In this document: piece by piece, positions 58,810 through 64,000 of the stretch
Position numbering within the stretch: the stretch's first letter is position 1
Layout: each line of letters starts with the position of its first letter
Origin: Ichthyobacteriaceae bacterium
GTDB lineage: Bacteria; Bacteroidota; Bacteroidia; Flavobacteriales; JADGDT01
Reading direction: 5' to 3'
NCBI GenBank assembly: GCA_016744755.1
Contig: JADGDT010000002.1
Coordinates: forward strand, 12,302-76,301
Length of the DNA: 64,000 nt
Program-made: the position numbers and the translations under genes
The notes under the pieces: generated by a model
The model's database searches: none
Told to the model about the DNA's origin: nothing
What the model saw: only the letters and a program-made list of their open reading frames with translations

Positions 58810-58982
58810 TTCTTTACCAAAATATTTACTGGCAAATCTACAAAAAGAACTTTGCTATTCTTATAAGAATTAATACTACTGTTAGGAGTTGATAAAATTA
58901 TGTACTAACTTGAAATACAGATACGTGATTTATAATAATTTGAATCTCACTAAATCGTAACAAACCTTAATTCATCTATTAC

Positions 58983-60518
58983 ATGTTAGAAAAAGTATAC
59001 GGAGGAGCAGTTTTTGGAGTTTCATCTACAACAATTACAATTGAAGTTAATGTAGCAAAAGGAGCTGGATATCATTTAGTGGGATTACCAGATTCTGCGA
59101 TAAAAGAAAGTAGCTATAGAATAAGTGCAGCATTAAAGAATAACTCTTACAAAATGCCTCGCAAAAAAATCACTATCAACATGGCACCTGCCGACATGCG
59201 AAAAGAAGGTAGTGCCTACGACTTAGGGATAGCAATTGGCATTTTGGCTGCATCGTCTCAAATTAGTATTTCCAATTTGTCGGAATATATAATTATGGGT
59301 GAATTATCGTTGGATGGAAGTTTACAACCAATAAAAGGGAGTTTGCCAATTGCTATAAAAGCTAGAGAAGAGGGTTTTAAAGGTTTGATAGTACCCATAC
59401 AAAATGTTAAAGAAGCTGGAGTAGTTAATAATTTGAATGTTTACGGAGTAGAAAATATAAAACAAGCAATTGATCACCTCGAAGGCAAAGAGTTAATAAA
59501 AGCTGAAGAGATTAACACTAGAGAGTTTTTCTACGATAGCCTTAATAATTTTGACTTTGACTTTGCCGAGGTTAAAGGTCAGGAAAACATAAAACGCTGT
59601 TTAGAAATTGCAGCTGCAGGCGGACACAACGTAATTATGGTAGGACCTCCTGGTTCTGGAAAAACAATGCTTGCCAAACGCATCCCTTCTATCCTACCTC
59701 CAATGAGTTTGCAAGAGGCGCTAGAAACTACTAAAATACACTCGGTAGCAGGAAAGAACACTCAAAACGGATTAGTAACAACTAGACCATTTCGCTCGCC
59801 ACACCATACAATTTCAGATGTAGCTTTAGTCGGGGGTGGATCTTATCCACAGCCTGGTGAAATATCACTATCGCACAACGGAGTTTTATTTTTAGATGAA
59901 TTACCTGAGTTTAAAAAAAATGTGCTCGAAGTAATGCGACAACCTTTGGAAGACAGAGAAGTTACAATCTCTAGAGCTAAATTTACAATTACCTACCCCG
60001 CTAGTTTTATGCTTGTTGCATCTATGAATCCATCTCCTAGCGGATATTTTAACGATCCTGACAAAGCTTTAGTTTCTAGCCCTTTCGAAATGCAAAGGTA
60101 TTTGAGCAAGGTTTCTGGACCATTGCTAGACAGGATTGACATTCATATTGAAGTTACTCCTGTGCCTTTCGAAAAACTTTCGGAGGAACGTAAAGGTGAA
60201 TCTAGCAAGCTTATTAGAGAAAGAGTAATTAAAGCTAGACAGGTACAAGTAAAACGATTTATAGAAAACGATAACGTTCATTACAATGCTCAAATGGGAC
60301 CTAAACAAATTTCTGAACATTGTAGTTTATCTGACGAAGGGAAAAGTCTTATTAAAACTGCTATGGACAAACTTGGACTTTCGGCCAGAGCATACGACAG
60401 AATACTGAAAGTATCTAAAACTATTTCAGACTTGGAGGGAAAACCAACTATTGAAAATCAACATATTGCTGAGGCTATACAATACAGAAGTCTGGATAGA
60501 GAAGGATGGTTGGGGTAG
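58983..60518 (+). CDS. comM: YifB/ComM family Mg-chelatase-like ATPase
   Basis: N-terminal Lon-protease-like domain, Walker A 'GPPGSGKTMLA', 'LFLDELPEF', and a C-terminal 'RAYDRILKVSKTISDLEG'. Confidence 0.9.
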   Translation: MLEKVYGGAVFGVSSTTITIEVNVAKGAGYHLVGLPDSAIKESSYRISAALKNNSYKMPRKKITINMAPADMRKEGSAYDLGIAIGILAASSQISISNLSEYIIMGELSLDGSLQPIKGSLPIAIKAREEGFKGLIVPIQNVKEAGVVNNLNVYGVENIKQAIDHLEGKELIKAEEINTREFFYDSLNNFDFDFAEVKGQENIKRCLEIAAAGGHNVIMVGPPGSGKTMLAKRIPSILPPMSLQEALETTKIHSVAGKNTQNGLVTTRPFRSPHHTISDVALVGGGSYPQPGEISLSHNGVLFLDELPEFKKNVLEVMRQPLEDREVTISRAKFTITYPASFMLVASMNPSPSGYFNDPDKALVSSPFEMQRYLSKVSGPLLDRIDIHIEVTPVPFEKLSEERKGESSKLIRERVIKARQVQVKRFIENDNVHYNAQMGPKQISEHCSLSDEGKSLIKTAMDKLGLSARAYDRILKVSKTISDLEGKPTIENQHIAEAIQYRSLDREGWLG

Positions 60519-60650
60519 TTTCAGTTATTCTATGAATTAATCATTTAGAAACCTCTGTCTAGTATAAAATTTAGGCATTAAATATGGTATTACACATTCT
60601 ATAATTAAGATAAATAGAGTAGATTTGCTTTTCGAAAAACGTAATAATTT

Positions 60651-61640
60651 ATGAGTAAGTCAAATCTATATCCCTTAAAATTCCAACCAATTTTGAAAAA
60701 TAAAATTTGGGGAGGGACTAAACTTAAATCAGTTTTAAATAAAGACTTAAAAGATGACAAAACTGGTGAGTCGTGGGAGATTAGTGGGGTAAAAGGTTAC
60801 ATCTCAGTTATTGCAAACGGATATCTAAAAGGAAAGAACTTACAAGAAATATTATCGGAATACAAAGAAAAACTAGTTGGAAAAAGAGTATTCTCTACTT
60901 ACAAAGAAGAATTTCCTCTTCTAATAAAATTCATCGATGCTCAGGACGACTTGTCTATTCAAGTTCACCCTGACGATAAGCTTGCTAAAAAGAGACATAA
61001 CTCTTTCGGCAAATCGGAAATGTGGTATGTAATTGATGCCGATGAAGGAGCTGAACTTATCTCCGGTTTTGACCGAACTATAGATAAAAAAACATATTTA
61101 TCTAAGTTAAAAAACAAACAAATTACAGAAATTATAAATACTGAAAAAGCTAGATCTGGTGATGTATTCTATATTCCTGAAGGTAGAGTTCACGCAATTA
61201 AATCTGGTATTTTGTTAGCTGAAATTCAACAAACATCAGACATAACTTATCGTATTTACGACTGGGATAGAGTTGATGATAATGGAAACGGAAGAGAGCT
61301 TCATACAGAATATGCGCTAGATGCATTAGATTTCAAGAAATACGACAACTATAAAACTGACTACACTGTTATAAAAAACGAAAGAGTATTACTTGACAAA
61401 AGCCCCTATTTTGAAACTAATCTTTTTGATCTTAACACTAACAAAACTATAACTTACACCTATTTAGATTCTTTTGTTATTTATATGATAATGGAAGGGG
61501 AAGTAAACATCAACTTCAACAATTTTTCTATTAATGCTAAGAAAGGAGAAACCGTACTTATTCCAGCTTTAATAACCAAAATTGAATTAAAAATAGTTAA
61601 AGAAACTAAGCTTCTTGAAGTTTATATTCCTACTACATAA
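60651..61640 (+). CDS. manA: Class I mannose-6-phosphate isomerase
   Basis: 'ESWEISG', 'LSIQVHPDD', 'GKSEMWYV', 'VHAI' cupin motifs; 329 aa. Confidence 0.85.
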   Translation: MSKSNLYPLKFQPILKNKIWGGTKLKSVLNKDLKDDKTGESWEISGVKGYISVIANGYLKGKNLQEILSEYKEKLVGKRVFSTYKEEFPLLIKFIDAQDDLSIQVHPDDKLAKKRHNSFGKSEMWYVIDADEGAELISGFDRTIDKKTYLSKLKNKQITEIINTEKARSGDVFYIPEGRVHAIKSGILLAEIQQTSDITYRIYDWDRVDDNGNGRELHTEYALDALDFKKYDNYKTDYTVIKNERVLLDKSPYFETNLFDLNTNKTITYTYLDSFVIYMIMEGEVNINFNNFSINAKKGETVLIPALITKIELKIVKETKLLEVYIPTT

Positions 61641-61723
61641 ATTTAGTTTAACATATTAATACTTTGAAGTAATTTGCTTCTTTGATGTTAATCAAATTTC
61701 ATTATTTTTAAATAAAAATTCTC

Positions 61724-64000
61724 ATGATTGATTTTATTAAAATTAAATGGCTAAAAACTATTTCTGTTAGTCTTATATTTTTCATTTTAACACCTTCTTT
61801 AATATTTGCACAAAATGATAGCTTGGCTGTTTTAAATATTTCTGAAATCAATTACAAAATTTCAAAAGCAAAAAGAATCATCTCAAAAATTAATTTTGTT
61901 GACAACGACAAAAACGAAATTGCTAGAGTTGATAGCATCTTAGATTATCAAAAAATATTTCTCGAAAAACAAGCCGACGAGTTTTATTCCTTTAAAGCTA
62001 GCTCACTATCAAAAGTTTTCCTTGCAAATACATCTAGGATATGGAATGAGTACGGAAATAGTTTAAAAAAATTAAATAAAAACAATACTCATAGATTTGA
62101 ACAAACAGATGAAGATTCTAGAGTGTTAAGCTCGTTGAGTTCAGAATTTACATCTTTAAAAAAACAGATTGATGGAAAACAAGGCTTCAAAATAATTATT
62201 CAACGTGTAGATCAATTACTGGTAGAAATTGAAACAAAAAAAGTAGAACATTACACTTTCCTGAAAAAAACCATTGTTGTTGAAGATAAACTTGATAGTT
62301 TAATAAAATATGTAGATCAGACTCTAAACTACACTCAAGATCTTTTAAATCTAAAAAAAATAAACACCTTTAAATTAACCGACCCTTGGATATGGAATAC
62401 CGAATTTGAAGATGGGAAATATCCAAATTTCTCATCTAGAATATATAAAGCGTGGTACGAAAACCAGAAACTTGTTGTAAACCAAGTAGTTTTAGTAAAG
62501 AATCAAATACCTTTATATATTTTTTACTCTCTACTTATTATTGCTTTTGTGTTCTTCAGCAGAAAGACTTATTTAAATATGAATTTTACAGAGGGAAACG
62601 ACGGATATATTCCTATAAGCAGAATTCTAATTAATAATCATATCCCACTATCAATAGCACTAGTCATTGCTCTATTGTTGGTTATGTTTCCATCTGCCCC
62701 CATATTACTTTCAAATTTTTCGGCCTCAATAGTATTAATACTAACTACGTTTATTCTAAGAAATTCTATCTCTAAAAATGATATAACACTGATAGTAAAT
62801 TACTTTATAATTATTACTATTTACAATCTAGAAATTTTAGCTTGGTATTTTGGAGGTTATTCTCGTCTATATTTTTTAGCCGAAATAGGTACAGCCCTTT
62901 TTCTACTGATTAGTTATTATTTTGCTTTCTTAAAAAACACAAGTATCAATTCTGAGTTTACTACTTACTCAAAAAAGTACCTGCCAATAATAATTTATGC
63001 ATATATAATTTCAGCAATTGCACAAATTGTTGGGTTCCTAAACCTATCTATTTTACTCAACAAAATACTAGCAATTATTCCTATAATTACCATAATAATA
63101 TTTATGGTATTCAAAGTTCTAAATGTTTTTGCAATGACATTATCCCAGTTATTGTTAGCTAAATTTCCTGTGTTTGGAGAGGTATTTCCTAAACACCTAA
63201 AAAGAATGTTTACCATCAATAAAATAGTATTGATAATTGTATGGATAAAACTTATAGCTAATGCTTTTCAGCTTGATAGGACACTTAATCAATTATATCT
63301 CGATTTTCTTGATTATACGTTTACCGAAAGTTCGTATAGTATAACAGTTGGAGATATTTTAGCATTTTTTATTATTGTATTTACAACTTATTACCTATCA
63401 AGTATTACATCTAAATTACTTAGCAACGAAAAAGTTAAGAGTGGAAGAAAAACTCCTAGAGGATTCTTTTCTGCAACATCACTATCTCTTAGAATGATAT
63501 TTGTGATTTTTGGTGGATCATTAGCAATGGCAAAAATTGGATTAGACCTTAGTAAATTTACAATTATTGCAGGTGCTTTAGGAGTTGGTATTGGTTTTGG
63601 GTTACAAGACTTAGTAAACAATTTTATATCAGGTCTGATCTTAATTTTTGGAAGACCTATACAAACTGGCGATACAGTAGAAGTAGATAATTTGCTAGGA
63701 AGAGTTAAAGAAATAGGAATTAGAAGTAGTGTACTTGTTACCTACGATGGAGCTGAAATACTTGTTCCTAATTCTTTATTAATCTCAAACAAACTTACCA
63801 ATTGGACTTTATCTGACAATCAGAAAAGAGTTGAAATTTTAATTGGAGTTGAATATGGATCTGACCTAGAACAAGTATTAGAAGTATTAGAAACATCGGC
63901 AAGTAGAGTTGACTCCATTATGAAGACACCACAACCAAAAGCATTATTCATGGACTTTGGAGATAGCTCACTTAATTTCAGATTGCGTTTCTGGGTTTCT
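61724..64000 (+). CDS. Mechanosensitive ion channel (MscS family), 3' end outside window
   Basis: I translated this frame by hand from the ATG at 61724 to the window end and found no stop. It is absent from the track because it has no stop in the window. It shows a signal/periplasmic coiled-coil region, multiple TM segments, and the MscS core 'NFISGLILIFGRPIQTGDTVEVDNLLGRVKEIGIRSSVLVTYDGAEILVPN'. Confidence 0.85.
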   Translation, partial: MIDFIKIKWLKTISVSLIFFILTPSLIFAQNDSLAVLNISEINYKISKAKRIISKINFVDNDKNEIARVDSILDYQKIFLEKQADEFYSFKASSLSKVFLANTSRIWNEYGNSLKKLNKNNTHRFEQTDEDSRVLSSLSSEFTSLKKQIDGKQGFKIIIQRVDQLLVEIETKKVEHYTFLKKTIVVEDKLDSLIKYVDQTLNYTQDLLNLKKINTFKLTDPWIWNTEFEDGKYPNFSSRIYKAWYENQKLVVNQVVLVKNQIPLYIFYSLLIIAFVFFSRKTYLNMNFTEGNDGYIPISRILINNHIPLSIALVIALLLVMFPSAPILLSNFSASIVLILTTFILRNSISKNDITLIVNYFIIITIYNLEILAWYFGGYSRLYFLAEIGTALFLLISYYFAFLKNTSINSEFTTYSKKYLPIIIYAYIISAIAQIVGFLNLSILLNKILAIIPIITIIIFMVFKVLNVFAMTLSQLLLAKFPVFGEVFPKHLKRMFTINKIVLIIVWIKLIANAFQLDRTLNQLYLDFLDYTFTESSYSITVGDILAFFIIVFTTYYLSSITSKLLSNEKVKSGRKTPRGFFSATSLSLRMIFVIFGGSLAMAKIGLDLSKFTIIAGALGVGIGFGLQDLVNNFISGLILIFGRPIQTGDTVEVDNLLGRVKEIGIRSSVLVTYDGAEILVPNSLLISNKLTNWTLSDNQKRVEILIGVEYGSDLEQVLEVLETSASRVDSIMKTPQPKALFMDFGDSSLNFRLRFWVS

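Noticed and set aside
62452-63621. ORFs 62452-62634 (+), 62995-63219 (-) and 63391-63621 (-).
   Set aside because: All are nested in alternative frames or strands of the long MscS-family ORF (61724 to the window end), which the track omits only because it has no stop in the window.

Overview
The window is a low-GC chromosome segment that looks like Bacteroidota/Flavobacteriia; the taxon is inferred from gene content such as GLPGLI, TPR-kinase/LuxR pairs, BT_3928-like and DUF1599. Bases 1 to about 14.3 kb are the right-hand part of an integrated prophage-like element that ends at a tyrosine integrase beside tRNA-Ser(UGA). It carries a split DarB-like DNA methylase plus Strawberry-notch helicase, a beta-clamp-like protein, a RecA-like ATPase and a spanin/holin/DUF5675 lysis-type cassette. 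It also carries a 1034-aa metallophosphoesterase-NACHT (STAND) protein, which sits in a cargo cassette bracketed by diverged ~350-bp direct repeats. The remaining 14.5-64 kb is mostly housekeeping: prmC, ligA, aroA, fabG, tex, ahpC/tpx, fadD-like, dsbD, ftsK, lolA, lptF/G, ribBA, tilS, pabB, comM/yifB, manA and a partial mscS. Three things interrupt it. One is a decay zone holding a broken IS transposase and a manA fragment, framed by inverted copies of a dispersed repeat. The second is an unusual density of phase-locked 7-nt and 8-nt tandem word arrays that start or stop exactly at stop codons. The third is an accessory cluster of a TPR histidine kinase, a LuxR regulator, a small secreted 4-Cys peptide, a GLPGLI protein and an outer-membrane barrel, whose two promoters share a 24-nt motif. 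The best candidates for something new are the MPE-NACHT cargo gene and its recombination cassette, the shared LELEAEA tail on three consecutive element proteins, the stop-codon-abutting repeat arrays, and the peptide/two-component/GLPGLI cluster. All homology calls rest on motifs read by eye; no database search was possible.
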